A stretch of DNA of 63,904 nt, counting the filler, from an uncultured bacterium (GTDB lineage: Bacteria > Hinthialibacterota > Hinthialibacteria > Hinthialibacterales > Hinthialibacteraceae): assembly GCA_964449065.1 (NCBI GenBank). It is 4 parts of 4 records of this genome, joined end to end, with 100 filler letters (N's around TTAATTAATTAA, not from the genome) between each part and the next. Parts side by side here need not be neighbours in the genome. Positions count along the whole stretch, not along the records: positions 17,508 to 34,817 come from CAYVAZ010000074.1; positions 34,918 to 51,967 come from CAYVAZ010000076.1; 2 more parts are not named here. The stretch is one strand, 5' to 3'. How positions within the stretch are numbered: position 1 is the stretch's first letter; each line of letters opens with the position of its first letter. The notes below the pieces were generated by a model. The model did not search any database, was not told where the DNA came from, and worked only from the letters and a program-made list of their open reading frames with translations. A program made the translations under genes and the position numbers. Below, one piece after another: positions 28,289 through 37,394 of this stretch.

Positions 28289-28658
28289 CCCATTCGTTGT
28301 ATTTTTTTGGTTAATTTTTCTGGAATCTTTGATATACATTTTGTAAGATATTGAATAGAACGGAAGTTTTTCATATAGTATTTCTGACATGCAGCATTTC
28401 TGCTATGTCTTCTGTGTACGTAAGAACAATCAATTTGCGGTCATCTATCATAACCATAAAGGTATCAGTATCTTGCCTGTTTAATACACCGGCTTGAAAG
28501 CTATCGCGAATGCCTGCGAATATACACGAAAATAAAACATCGAAGCGTCAAAATTTATGCGCTTATTCGCATTATTGCCGATGTGAGAATAAGAATGAAC
28601 AAGACATTATCAAATGTTTTGGGTTCTTTGAGGTTATTGTTGTTAAAAAATACGCTAT

Positions 28659-28674
28659 TGCGTAACGTCAGTTA
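28659..28674. repeat. Isolated MITE B-type terminal repeat
   Basis: TGCGTAACGTCAGTTA, 15/16 match to the ends at 17670 and 52209. Its TTA is the stop codon of 28672-29232. Confidence 0.55.
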
Positions 28675-29232
28675 ACTGTTATTCATATCCGGAGGGGTAA
28701 GGGTAACAAGCCGCAAAATAGGGATGTGGGCGATAAATTTCCACCAACGGGGTTTGTTGAGGGACTCGATATATTCATGTTCCGGGTTGCTGTATAAGAG
28801 AAAACTTGAAATGAGAAAGAAATAAAACAAGAAAGAGAATACGTTTTGTAGAGTAGGGTTAACTGTTGTTCCATTTACGAAGATGCTGTTTAAACTTAAA
28901 ACAAAAAAGATGAAGGAAAAGAGCAAGCATAATTTTGCTGGTTGTTCGTTGTATTGTCGGTTGTATGAATGTCTGGCTGATGGATTCTTGTTTGGAAAGA
29001 GAGAAACCGCCAATACACCCGGCAAAGAGAATAGACCCAATAGACTCCAGTAATAACTATAGCCTTTCGATTTTGCGTATAATCCCAAGGCAACGATTAA
29101 CAGCAATGTTCCCACGGCAAGTAATAAAATAGGCGGGATGACGGCCTCGCCGTTTGAGCGGAAAGTGCTGAGTAATTGCAGGATGATACCGAGTGTTCCA
29201 AACGGGGTGATGTATTTTTCTGATTTGTGCAT
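28672..29232 (-). CDS. Hypothetical membrane protein
   Basis: About 5 TM segments with AKSKGYSYYWSLLGLF motif. AAGGA RBS. Confidence 0.7.
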   Translation of the reverse strand: MHKSEKYITPFGTLGIILQLLSTFRSNGEAVIPPILLLAVGTLLLIVALGLYAKSKGYSYYWSLLGLFSLPGVLAVSLFPNKNPSARHSYNRQYNEQPAKLCLLFSFIFFVLSLNSIFVNGTTVNPTLQNVFSFLFYFFLISSFLLYSNPEHEYIESLNKPRWWKFIAHIPILRLVTLTPPDMNNS

Positions 29233-29253
29233 CGTTCATATTTCCTTATGACC

Positions 29254-29439
29254 TCAATCAGATTTTTTCATGATCGATCGTAACGCTTCGTTCACCGAGG
29301 CGGAATCGGGAAACGCCTTAGCCACATCGGGGTCAAGTATGACCACGGTGGGACCGTTTTCTAACACGCGCTCATAGTATTTCCCGCGCACACCATTAGA
29401 ATAATCAAAATTATATTCAGGACGTAGTTCATCATTCAT
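29254..29439 (-). CDS. BrnA-like antitoxin (orphan)
   Basis: DELRPEYNFDYSNGVRGKYY...LDPDVAKAFPDSASVNEALR, a family usually encoded after BrnT toxins. Confidence 0.75.
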   Translation of the reverse strand: MNDELRPEYNFDYSNGVRGKYYERVLENGPTVVILDPDVAKAFPDSASVNEALRSIMKKSD

Positions 29440-29510
29440 ATTTTTTCATGTCCATCCAAAATTCATTTATATTTTAATCTAAAATTAGAAATACGGCAAT
29501 ATAATTTCAA

Positions 29511-30155
29511 TTATTTCTGTTCGAAGATAAAAAAGGCTTCGGCTAAGTTTGGGGCGTACCATTGCGCTCCCGGAAGATTGGCTTTATCGAAGCTGGTTGT
29601 GATTCCCAGGCATTTTGCTCCTGCCGCCAGCCCCGCTTCGATTCCAGAGGGGGCGTCTTCAACCACCAGGCATTCGCTGGCCGGTACTCCCATGCGTTCC
29701 GCCGCGGTGAGGAACAAATCCGGCGCGGGCTTTTTGTGTTCGACTTCGCTGCCGTTGACGGTGGCGTCGAAGGTTTCCGCCGGGATATCGATCTCGCGCA
29801 GATTGATCAGCATTTTCGTGCGGTCCGCGCTGGTCGCGACCGAAATTTTTATGCCTTCATCCTTGCAGCGTTGAATAAATTCATGGACTCCCGGCAGCGG
29901 ATCAATATTGCCGGAAACGATTTCGTCATAGATTTCATATACGCGGAGTTTATCCGGCTCGATATCGAGTTCGACGTTGTATTTCTCCGCCACGCCGCCG
30001 AGATAGCGGTTTTCCCCCCGGCCGACGAAGGGGACAAAGTCTTCTGCGGTGGCTTCCACCCCCCGTTCCTTAAAAAACCGGATCGCGGCTTGGCAGATTT
30101 GTTCTTCCGAGTCAAGCAAGACGCCATCCATATCAAAAATAATTCCTTTGAACAT
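29511..30155 (-). CDS. HAD-superfamily phosphatase (beta-PGM/CbbY-like, subfamily IA)
   Basis: FDMDGVLLDS, ATS, KKPAPD and VEDAPSGIEA motifs. Confidence 0.92.
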   Translation of the reverse strand: MFKGIIFDMDGVLLDSEEQICQAAIRFFKERGVEATAEDFVPFVGRGENRYLGGVAEKYNVELDIEPDKLRVYEIYDEIVSGNIDPLPGVHEFIQRCKDEGIKISVATSADRTKMLINLREIDIPAETFDATVNGSEVEHKKPAPDLFLTAAERMGVPASECLVVEDAPSGIEAGLAAGAKCLGITTSFDKANLPGAQWYAPNLAEAFFIFEQK

Positions 30156-30258
30156 TTGAAAAATCCTCGCTATTGTGTTGAGATATTAACTGATGTTTAA
30201 CATACCTTGATTAGAATAAAATAATATCTCTTCTAATCCGTAAGATAAAGGAGTTACC

Positions 30259-32031
30259 ATGGACCGTCGAAATTTTATATCCGCCAGCGCGGCAGCGGGG
30301 ATTGCCGCCAATATCGTACCGCAAGCAAAAGAGGCATCGGCTATGAGTCATCAATCGCCAACACAGATTTTGGGAGATCCAGCGCAGATCGTTAAAAAGA
30401 AGTTACGCGGACGAAACCAAAACCGTTCGACGGTCGTCTGCCGGAATGGAATCTGCGCGACCAGCCAAGCGGTCACCAGCACAATGGGAATCGATATCCT
30501 AAAAAATGGCGGAAACGCGGTTGATGCCGCAGTAGCCATGAGCGCCATGATGAGTGTGGTTGAGCCTATGAGTTGCGGCCCCGGCGGGGATTTGTTTGCC
30601 ATTGTGTGGATTGAGAAAGAAAAAAAGTTGTACGGTCTCAATGCCAGCGGACGCTCGCCTTATGCTTGGAATATCGAAGCAGCTAAGAAAAAAGGGTTTA
30701 CAAACAGACTGCCGGGTTTAGGCCCTTTCAGTTGGTCAATTCCCGGATGTGTAAGCGGCTGGGACGCGATTCAAAAAAAACTCGGTAAACTGGATTTTGC
30801 TACGGTATTGGCTCCGGCGGAGGAATATGCCCGCAAGGGATTTGTGGTATCGGAAATCATCGGCGGCTATTTTTCTGGAGCGAAGCAAGCGTTTGAAGAT
30901 TATCCCAACGCGAAAGCTACCTATACGGTCGATGGGAATCCGCCGGAATATGGACAGGTGTTCCGAAATCAGGATATCGCCGATTTCTTGAAGATATTAA
31001 GAGAGCAGGGCGGCGAAGCGTTTTACCAAGGCGAGATTGCGGAACGGATCGTGAAGTATTCGGAAGAACGCGGCGGGATGTTCAGCATGAAGGATTTTGA
31101 GGATCATACCGCAACATGGATTGATCCGGTCTCTACGAATTACCGCGGGTATGATGTGTGGGAGATTCCACCGAACGGGCAGGGGATTGCCGCATTGCAG
31201 ATTTTGAATCTGTTAGAGCACTACGAGATTGGTAAATTGACCCCGAATTCCGCGGAACACCTTCATCTGTTTTTGGAGGCAAAGAAATTGGCATTTGAAG
31301 ACCGTGCGGTTTATTACGCCGATATGGAAAAAGCCGATGTACCGTTAGAGCAATTGATTTCAAAAGAATATGCCGCGGAACAGGTGAAACGGATTGATCC
31401 TAAGAAAGCTGCAACGGATGTAAAAGCAGGAGAATTGGATGGCTCCAGCGATACGATATATTTGTGTACTTCCGATGAAGAGGGGAACATGGTCTCGCTA
31501 ATACAAAGCATATATAGCGGCTGGGGATCGCGTGAAGTGCCAACCGGATTAGGCTTTTGCCTGCAAAACCGGGGACGGGCGTTTTCGCTTGACCCGAAGC
31601 ATAGGAACTCATTAGAGCCGCATAAACGTCCCTTCCATACTATTATTCCGGGATTCTTGACCAAAGACGGGCAGCCGAAATGCGCGTTTGGCGTTATGGG
31701 TGGAGATTTTCAGCCGCAAGGGCACGCGCAGGTGTTGATGAATATGATCGACTTCGGCATGTCACCACAGCAAGCGACCGAACAGCCGCGCGCGGAGCAT
31801 AACGGCAGTTCGACACCGTGGGGCGGAAAAATGGAAGACGGCGGTTCGATCAGCCTGGAAAAAGGAATTGATGAGAAGACGATTGAAGAACTGAAAGCGA
31901 TGGGGCATAAAATCGGCAGCGTGGGTAGCGGCATGTTTGGCGGATATCAGGCGATCTGGCGTGAGGAAGACCCCATGCGGTATTTCGGCGGCAGTGATAC
32001 CCGGAAAGATGGAACTGCCGTGGGGTATTAG
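30259..32031 (+). CDS. ggt: Gamma-glutamyltransferase family protein with Tat signal
   Basis: MDRRNFI Tat motif, GGNAVDAAVA, PPNGQG, autocleavage Thr (SDTIY), KRPFHTIIP and GVMGGDFQPQG. Confidence 0.93.
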   Translation: MDRRNFISASAAAGIAANIVPQAKEASAMSHQSPTQILGDPAQIVKKKLRGRNQNRSTVVCRNGICATSQAVTSTMGIDILKNGGNAVDAAVAMSAMMSVVEPMSCGPGGDLFAIVWIEKEKKLYGLNASGRSPYAWNIEAAKKKGFTNRLPGLGPFSWSIPGCVSGWDAIQKKLGKLDFATVLAPAEEYARKGFVVSEIIGGYFSGAKQAFEDYPNAKATYTVDGNPPEYGQVFRNQDIADFLKILREQGGEAFYQGEIAERIVKYSEERGGMFSMKDFEDHTATWIDPVSTNYRGYDVWEIPPNGQGIAALQILNLLEHYEIGKLTPNSAEHLHLFLEAKKLAFEDRAVYYADMEKADVPLEQLISKEYAAEQVKRIDPKKAATDVKAGELDGSSDTIYLCTSDEEGNMVSLIQSIYSGWGSREVPTGLGFCLQNRGRAFSLDPKHRNSLEPHKRPFHTIIPGFLTKDGQPKCAFGVMGGDFQPQGHAQVLMNMIDFGMSPQQATEQPRAEHNGSSTPWGGKMEDGGSISLEKGIDEKTIEELKAMGHKIGSVGSGMFGGYQAIWREEDPMRYFGGSDTRKDGTAVGY

Positions 32032-32061
32032 AATTGTGAATTTCAAAATTTGTTTGATGGA

Positions 32062-32088
32062 GTAGGGGCACGTTGCAACGTGCCCCTA
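32062..32088. repeat. GTAG-family REP palindrome
   Basis: Perfect 26-bp palindrome TAGGGGCACGTTGCAACGTGCCCCTA. A variant lies at 43569-43596. Confidence 0.75.
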
Positions 32089-32154
32089 AAGAATTCTATC
32101 GTAGATACAAAAATCTTACATTACGGAACGAATCATGAAACTTTTTTCGCCAAT

Positions 32155-32223
32155 TTAAACAGACCCCATATTTAAACAGACCTTTTGTAATGTATTTGCT
32201 TTGATGGCTGGAAGTCTACTCAT
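32155..32223 (-). pseudogene. Truncated hicA toxin
   Basis: ATGA overlap with the hicB stop. MSRLPAIKANTLQKVCLNMGSV* is a HicA-like N-terminus broken at a GGTCTGTTTAAAT duplication. Confidence 0.6.
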
Positions 32224-32423
32224 ACTTCAATTTGGGATAGTCCAACAAATTTTGATTCGTCATACTCTGGATTGACTTCCAAATAAAGTTCAATTGCTTC
32301 TTTGGTACGTTCCATTAGAGATGAATGGTCTTTTGCTTGAGTGTGGCATCCCGGCAGTTCGACAACATTGCTGATGAGATATCCATCTAAACCTTTTTCT
32401 ACTATCACTGTGAATCGTTTCAT
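32220..32423 (-). CDS. hicB: HicB-family antitoxin
   Basis: MKRFTVIVEKGLDGYLISNVVELPGCHTQAKD...ERTKEAIELYLE. Confidence 0.85.
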   Translation of the reverse strand: MKRFTVIVEKGLDGYLISNVVELPGCHTQAKDHSSLMERTKEAIELYLEVNPEYDESKFVGLSQIEV

Positions 32424-32482
32424 TTCATACCCTATCAAATATGATATTTACAGTATTTTAGTTCAAATATTAAAATATGATA

Positions 32483-32608
32483 TCAATCTTCAAGCACTAA
32501 CCTTGCTTTCCGGACGGCAAATGAGTCGTTCCCGGCAAAGACGAGGTGGAATTCTTTACCATCATCGCTGATCCATTTGCTTGGGATGTGGGCGACTTCT
32601 CCCCAATG
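32483..32608 (-). pseudogene. C-terminal remnant of a larger (probably beta-propeller/hydrolase) protein
   Basis: WGEVAHIPSKWISDDGKEFHLVFAGNDSFAVRKARL looks like a protein terminus that has lost its body. Confidence 0.4.
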
Positions 32609-32690
32609 CTTGTTGCTGTTGGCCCTCCGTACCAAGTTCCAATGAGACAACAACAGAGTCTGTCTATCCAACTCTTAAACGCTCTTGTGT

Positions 32691-34640
32691 CTATTTAAGG
32701 ACTTTATTTTTTAAGACTTTTATCAGCCCTCCATCCAATACGTAATCAATTTGGCGTTTTGTTAAGGAGTGAGTCACGGTAACCGATTCGCTGTTGTCTA
32801 TGGTCAATTCAAAGTTTGATTGATTTGCGATTGTATCTCTGGCATTGGAGAGTGAGACCGTAGATGACTGTTTTATCTTGTCATAATCGGAGGTATCTGC
32901 AAAGGTAACAGGCAGCACACCGAAGTTGATTAAGTTTTGATAATGGATGCGCGCGAAACTTTTGGCAATCACAAGCCGTAAGCCTAAGTATCTTGGTGCA
33001 ATGGCGGCGTGTTCGCGGCTGGAGCCTTGCCCATAGTTTTCTCCAGCAATAATGGCGAATCCGGATTCCGTCTCTTTGGCTTTCTGAACAAAGTCTTTGT
33101 CTACATCCCGAAAGACAAAGCGGCTGATGGCTTTGATGTTGCTGCGGAACGGCAAGACTTCCGCGCCGGCCGGCATAATTTCGTCGGTAGAGATGTTGTC
33201 CTCCAGTTTTAAATTCACGGGTACTTCCAACTGATCCGGGAAGGGTTCAAAATCCGGGATGCTGCCGATGTTGGGTCCTTTTTCCAATTTGATGTCTTGC
33301 CCATCTGATGGTGGAGACAGGAACATCTGTCGATTGACGCAATACCTTTCCGGCTCTTCAAAGCGGGGGTAATCCATATCCAGATTGCGCGGGTCGGTGA
33401 TTTCACCTTTGATCGCGGAAGCAATGGCTGTTTCGGGACTGCATAGATACACCTGATCTTCTACCGTACCGGAACGCCCGGGGAAATTTCGGGGAACGGT
33501 TCGAAGGCTGATCCGCCCGGTCGCGGGCGCCTGCCCCATCCCGATGCACCCGTTGCATCCCGCTTGGTGAAGACGGGCACCGGCGTGGATTAAATTTGCC
33601 ATATAGCCCATGCTGATTAGGTGTTCTAAGATTTGACGCGACGTTGGGTTGATGTCCAGAGAAACACGATCATGCACTTGTTTGTTTTTCACCATCATCG
33701 CGGGAACGGCGAAATCCCGTAAACCCGGATTGGCGGAGGAACCAATATAGGATTGAGAAATCTCCCGGCCTTCAACTTCTTGAACCGGCACCACATTTCC
33801 CGGGCTGCTGGGTAGAGCGATTAAGGGTTCTAGCGTTGAGAGGTCAATTTCGTCATACTCATCATATTCCGCGCTTTCATCCGGCAGGAGTTCAACCCAT
33901 TCTTCACCACGTTCTTGGGATTGCAAAAAGCGTTTGACCTGCTGGTCGGAAGGGAAGACGGTGGTGGTGGCACCGAGTTCCGCACCCATATTGGCGATGA
34001 CGTGCCTGTCCATTGCGGTAAGGTGATCTAAACCGGGGCCGTAGTATTCGATGATTTTTCCTACACCGCCTTTTACATCATGCCGCCGCAGCATTTCCAG
34101 GATGATATCTTTTGCCGAAACCCAATCGGGAAGTTTGCCGGTTAATCTAACCCCCATGATTTTGGGCATGGAAAGATGAAACGGCTGGCCGGCCATTGCG
34201 ATTGCGACTTCCAACCCGCCGGCGCCGATGGCAATCATGCCGAGTGAACCGGCAGCACAGGTATGGCTGTCGGAACCGAGTAAGGTTTTTCCCGGGATGC
34301 CGAAGCGTTCCATGTGCAGGGGATGACTGACTCCATTACCCGGGCGGCTGTACCACAATCCGTATTTTTGGCAGGCGCTGCGTAGAAAGAGGTGGTCGTC
34401 GGGGTTCTTGTAATCTTCTTGAATAAGGTTGTGATCCACATATTGCGCGGAGAGTTCCGTTTTAACTTTGGGAACTTCAAGGCTTTCGAATTCCAACAGG
34501 GCTAACGTTCCAGTCGCGTCCTGGGTCAGGGTTTGATCGATCTGGAGAGCGATTTCTTCACCCGGGGATGGCAAGGGTTGTTCGATGTGTGATGCGAGGA
34601 TTTTTTGTGAAACGTTTTTGGATTTGTTCGCCGAGGCCAT
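32691..34640 (-). CDS. Aconitate hydratase (short ~650-aa type)
   Basis: TQDATGT, DHN, GSDSHT, CNGCIGMGQ, RNFPGR and NYGQGSSREHAA motifs. AAGGAG RBS before ATG 34640. Confidence 0.93.
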   Translation of the reverse strand: MASANKSKNVSQKILASHIEQPLPSPGEEIALQIDQTLTQDATGTLALLEFESLEVPKVKTELSAQYVDHNLIQEDYKNPDDHLFLRSACQKYGLWYSRPGNGVSHPLHMERFGIPGKTLLGSDSHTCAAGSLGMIAIGAGGLEVAIAMAGQPFHLSMPKIMGVRLTGKLPDWVSAKDIILEMLRRHDVKGGVGKIIEYYGPGLDHLTAMDRHVIANMGAELGATTTVFPSDQQVKRFLQSQERGEEWVELLPDESAEYDEYDEIDLSTLEPLIALPSSPGNVVPVQEVEGREISQSYIGSSANPGLRDFAVPAMMVKNKQVHDRVSLDINPTSRQILEHLISMGYMANLIHAGARLHQAGCNGCIGMGQAPATGRISLRTVPRNFPGRSGTVEDQVYLCSPETAIASAIKGEITDPRNLDMDYPRFEEPERYCVNRQMFLSPPSDGQDIKLEKGPNIGSIPDFEPFPDQLEVPVNLKLEDNISTDEIMPAGAEVLPFRSNIKAISRFVFRDVDKDFVQKAKETESGFAIIAGENYGQGSSREHAAIAPRYLGLRLVIAKSFARIHYQNLINFGVLPVTFADTSDYDKIKQSSTVSLSNARDTIANQSNFELTIDNSESVTVTHSLTKRQIDYVLDGGLIKVLKNKVLK

Positions 34641-34701
34641 TGTAATTCTCCTTAAAACCGTCTTTTTTGATCTTTTCTTGATGTAACATCTTTTGAATTT
34701 G

Positions 34702-34817
34702 TAACTCACGTTACGCACTACATTATGATATGCCCATTTTTCTAATCTTTCGCTGAATCTACCACCCTCTCCCACCGGGAGAGGGCCGGGGTGAGGGTTC
34801 GGGAGGAATAAACCTCT
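34702..34817. mobile_element. MITE family B, left arm with REP-like hairpin (cut by contig end)
   Basis: Starts TAACTCACGTTACGCACTACATTATGATAT, similar to 51878-51967. Contains CCCTCTCCC-ACC-GGGAGAGGG. Confidence 0.72.
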
Positions 34818-35096
34818 NNNNNNNNNNNNNNNNNNNNNNNNNNNNNNNNNNNNNNNNNNNNTTAATTAATTAANNNNNNNNNNNNNNNNNNNNNNNNNNN
34901 NNNNNNNNNNNNNNNNNCACCTTTGGGAGGGGAAATTTCTCTTCAAGCGGCTGACCTACTTCAAATTGTCAAATCCTTTTAAGTTGGAATTTCAAACATA
35001 TTGTTAACTTTCGAAGAATTGGATTGTATAATGCTGTTAATACGGCAAATCACTATCGAACATTATCCATATATTCCCCTTTGGAGATCATGACTG

Positions 35097-35288
35097 ATGA
35101 AGAAAACGTTTGATTGTATTGACATGAAAAGAGCAGCGTCATTGAAAATTCATAAAAAGTTGAAGGGTCTTTCAACGGAAGAGCGTGTTGCGTATTGGGA
35201 AAAACGTCATCAAGAAATTCAAGAAGAATTAAAACAACTGAATACCAAGCGAAACAAGAATTCTAATACGCCGACCATTCACGAATAA
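35097..35288 (+). CDS. Small hypothetical protein resembling PIN-toxin partner proteins (orphan)
   Basis: GGAG RBS. MKKTFDCIDMKR...IHKKLKGLSTEERVAYW pattern. Family resemblance is from memory. Confidence 0.6.
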   Translation: MKKTFDCIDMKRAASLKIHKKLKGLSTEERVAYWEKRHQEIQEELKQLNTKRNKNSNTPTIHE

Positions 35289-36390
35289 TGGTTGAAACGG
35301 TATGGCGGTAAATTGAACTCGCTTCCACACAAACGGCTTCTGCTGCTGAATCATTCGTGGCCCCCGCTTTTCCACCAGTGATTCTAGCGTTTTCAAGTTC
35401 CACAACTGAGTCATTCAGAATTTGAATGCCGCAGCCGCCTAAGCCGGGTTCACCAATCACCCATTTTTCTGCAAAATCAGAATAATAACGAAAGCCATCA
35501 CCGCCATTTCCACCAATAAATTGACCATCCGTTATGGACACGGAGGAATTGTCAGCAATAAAGGCATTTCCACCATCCTTGCCCGAAAAGGTATATCCGG
35601 CTCCCGTTGAACCATGGCCACGCATTTCTATACTTCCAGCACCTTGTCCTCCTTGAAAAATGGTACTTTCTGCTTGGATGGAAAGTTGGTTTGAATCTTG
35701 AATATGTAATGCAGGTCCGCCAGGGTTGGTTGATGATCGTCCCGCCTCTGAATCAGAAGTTCCATGACCTCCAATAACGGTAGAATTTTTGAAATGCAAT
35801 ACCGTTTCCGTGCATGAATTTATCATGATTGCTGTACCACCTAACGTTTCTTTTTCAGAGTTGTCTCCTCCACGAATAACGGAATCATGAACATGTATTT
35901 GATTTTGTTCGCCCCCCAATAAATACAAAGCCGGTTGCGAAGGATTTAAAGTATGTCCAAATGCACTTTGCGTTTCGCTCCCTGTGATCTCACATTTTAC
36001 AAATTCCACATCCGCTTTTTCAACCAAAACCGTTTTCGAAACAATAAAGGATGAAACACATAAGTTTTCTATACGTACTGTACTATTATTGATGTGAATA
36101 ATAGGTGTATCATTCTCCGCGGACGGTCCAAGAATCTCAGCTGCTTTTATCATGGATGGTGTATTTGAATCTCTTCCAATAAGAGTGATCGATTTTTCAT
36201 AAATCCGGACACGTTCAAAATATTCACCTGGGGCAATAGAAATCACAGATTTCTCTACACTCAGGTCTATTGCTGCTTGGATCGATGGATACTCTTCTGG
36301 AACCAATAAAATATTACCGTTTTGAGAAAATGATGTTGAAATAACACGGAAAAAGCAAAAAAACAGTACCAAAAAATAAATGGGTTTCAA
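35263..36390 (-). CDS. Secreted pectin-lyase-like beta-helix protein with Gly-rich turns
   Basis: GAGGAG before TTG 36390, signal peptide, VPEEYPSIQAAID...IAPGEY beta-helix cap, repeated I.GG.GG. Ends TIIREWSAY. Confidence 0.75.
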   Translation of the reverse strand: MKPIYFLVLFFCFFRVISTSFSQNGNILLVPEEYPSIQAAIDLSVEKSVISIAPGEYFERVRIYEKSITLIGRDSNTPSMIKAAEILGPSAENDTPIIHINNSTVRIENLCVSSFIVSKTVLVEKADVEFVKCEITGSETQSAFGHTLNPSQPALYLLGGEQNQIHVHDSVIRGGDNSEKETLGGTAIMINSCTETVLHFKNSTVIGGHGTSDSEAGRSSTNPGGPALHIQDSNQLSIQAESTIFQGGQGAGSIEMRGHGSTGAGYTFSGKDGGNAFIADNSSVSITDGQFIGGNGGDGFRYYSDFAEKWVIGEPGLGGCGIQILNDSVVELENARITGGKAGATNDSAAEAVCVEASSIYRHTVSTIIREWSAY

Positions 36391-36485
36391 GTTTTTACTC
36401 CTCTTTTCATTAATGAAGACTTTACTGGACAATATCGCAGAATCACAATGGCATCATAAAAAAAATACAATTTTTCCGAAAACAG

Positions 36486-37187
36486 ATGAACCCCATACCC
36501 ACAGATGACAACTCCCTCACGCTCTACAGCGAGGCGTACCAAGAAAACTATCACTGCCGGGGCGGGGCGTTTTTGAAGGCGCGGGATATTTTTCTTGCCC
36601 CCATGCTGGAAACGTATGGCGATAACACGTTCGCGAAAAAACGGCGCGTTTTGGAAGCCGGCTTTGGCGCGGGATTAAACTTCTTTGTCACGGCCAACAC
36701 TTTCATGGAAAATAAAGCGGAACTGGAGTATGTGGCTTTAGAGAAAGACCTGCTCCCGGCGGATGTGTTTCAGCAATTGCGCTACGATAAACTCACTTCA
36801 AAGCCGATTGTCGAAACCTTTATAAAAGCAAGAGAGCAGCTTTCTCAACCCCTTTTGGAATATTCATACAACCTTCCTATAACCCAATCCATAAACTTGC
36901 AGTTGATTATCGGTGAGGCATTAGAGACGCAATTGCCCGTTAACCATTTCGATTGGGTCTATCTGGATGCATTCAGCCCCGCCAACAATCCGGAACTTTG
37001 GTCGGAACCGTTTATCGCCAAACTCTACAACGCGCTGAAAGATGGTGGAGGATTAAGCACCTATAGCGTAAATGGAGAAGTCAGGCGCATCATGAAGCGA
37101 CTCGGCTTTACAGTCGAGAAGCGGCCTGGAATCCCCGGCAAACGCGAAGTGCTGGCCGCATGGAAATTCAGAGGCAGTGGCAAGTAG
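36486..37187 (+). CDS. mnmD: tRNA mnm5s2U34 methyltransferase, standalone MnmC N-terminal domain (MnmD-like)
   Basis: LEAGFGAGLNF, YLDAFSPANNPELW, LSTYS and KRPG..GKREVL motifs. Confidence 0.88.
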   Translation: MNPIPTDDNSLTLYSEAYQENYHCRGGAFLKARDIFLAPMLETYGDNTFAKKRRVLEAGFGAGLNFFVTANTFMENKAELEYVALEKDLLPADVFQQLRYDKLTSKPIVETFIKAREQLSQPLLEYSYNLPITQSINLQLIIGEALETQLPVNHFDWVYLDAFSPANNPELWSEPFIAKLYNALKDGGGLSTYSVNGEVRRIMKRLGFTVEKRPGIPGKREVLAAWKFRGSGK

Positions 37188-37214
37188 CAAGTAGCAAGTG
37201 GTTTTGAGTACAAA

Positions 37215-37367
37215 CTACTCTTCTTCGTCCGTGTCTTTGGTATCGATATCCAGGGTTGAGTGCATGTGCTCTTGCTCCAACGAAAACACCTTGCTGAAGC
37301 AAAACACCAGCAGCGAAATCACCGCGGCGTTTGCCACGATAAACATGATCCAGCCGTAAATATTCAT
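37215..37367 (-). CDS. Small single-TM protein, putative NSS transporter small subunit (MetS-like), 50 aa
   Basis: Hand translation MNIYGWIMFIVANAAVISLLVFCFSKVFSLEQEHMHSTLDIDTKDTDEEE. GGGGA RBS, directly downstream of the NSS gene. Confidence 0.75.
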   Translation of the reverse strand: MNIYGWIMFIVANAAVISLLVFCFSKVFSLEQEHMHSTLDIDTKDTDEEE

Positions 37368-37394
37368 TTTGTTCCCCGCTTTCATTCATTACAG

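Noticed and set aside
34641..34775. N-terminal extension of aconitase, and a similar peptide in ORF 51763-51951
   Set aside because: Both translate the MITE B left arm. The true aconitase start is 34640 with an AAGGAG RBS.
37168..37389. 73-aa ORF from the track
   Set aside because: Wrong frame. The 50-aa TM peptide at 37215-37367 has the RBS and a sensible composition.
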